The position numbers and the translations under genes are program-made. The notes under the pieces were generated by a model. That model was not told the origin of the DNA. It searched no databases and worked only from the letters and a program-made list of their open reading frames with translations. From an uncultured Chloroflexia bacterium (GTDB lineage: Bacteria > Chloroflexota > Limnocylindria > Limnocylindrales > CSP1-4): a DNA stretch of 64,000 nt. The stretch's first letter is position 1. The number at the start of each line of letters is the position of its first letter. Location of the stretch: contig CAVQPG010000004.1 of assembly GCA_963714675.1 (NCBI GenBank), positions 563,184 through 627,183 on the forward strand. Reading direction: 5' to 3'. Of this stretch, positions 63,140-64,000 are shown in pieces.

Positions 63140-64000
<861 letters not shown>

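Overview
High-GC (~70%) chromosomal window from an Actinobacteria-like organism, identified by codon usage, an opcA-containing oxidative pentose-phosphate operon, and a short Rho. I am not certain of the lineage. Most of the window is housekeeping.

Main gene content, in order along the window:
- comEC (3' part), yqeK-like HD hydrolase, holA.
- An obg, nadD, racemase, rsfS block on the opposite strand.
- rho, a short Fsa-type transaldolase, pyrG.
- A sugar ABC transporter (binding protein plus two permeases).
- A plus-strand operon: a Tat-signal coiled-coil protein, a BNR/Asp-box protein and a Dpp/Opp-type peptide ABC transporter, followed by a convergent S41 peptidase.
- psuK and psuG (pseudouridine catabolism).
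- tkt, pgi, gnd, zwf, opcA, pgl.
- A ModE-like regulator with modA and modB.
- A YhaO/YhaN (SbcD/SbcC-like) nuclease and ATPase pair.
- pruA and a class-III aminotransferase.

The accessory part is 28.1 to 39.2 kb, all on the minus strand. It holds eight TadE/TadG-type prepilin-like genes: five TadE-like and three TadG-like. No Tad ATPase, platform, secretin, Flp pilin or prepilin peptidase is present anywhere in the window. Two of the TadE-like proteins carry C-terminal PASTA-like domains (one also has a PKD domain, the other a Pro/Thr linker). The array is interrupted by a divergent nfeD and flotillin operon and by a small secreted-peptide ORF that the ORF track missed.

Other observations:
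- No tRNA, rRNA, CRISPR, integrase or transposase was found.
- Two tandem-repeat arrays lie in the 720-bp gap between tal and pyrG. A low-GC island with a perfect 18-bp tandem duplication sits inside the Tad-like array.

Main caveat: I count more than 30 single-base frameshifts splitting obviously essential or conserved genes, including tkt, zwf, pgi, opcA, psuG and dppC. This is most likely an indel-prone draft assembly rather than biology, so pseudogene calls and exact gene ends here are unreliable.

Coordinates were taken from the ORF track, or by codon arithmetic from it, where possible. Boundaries I read by hand (small ORFs, repeats, hairpins) may be off by 1-2 nt.
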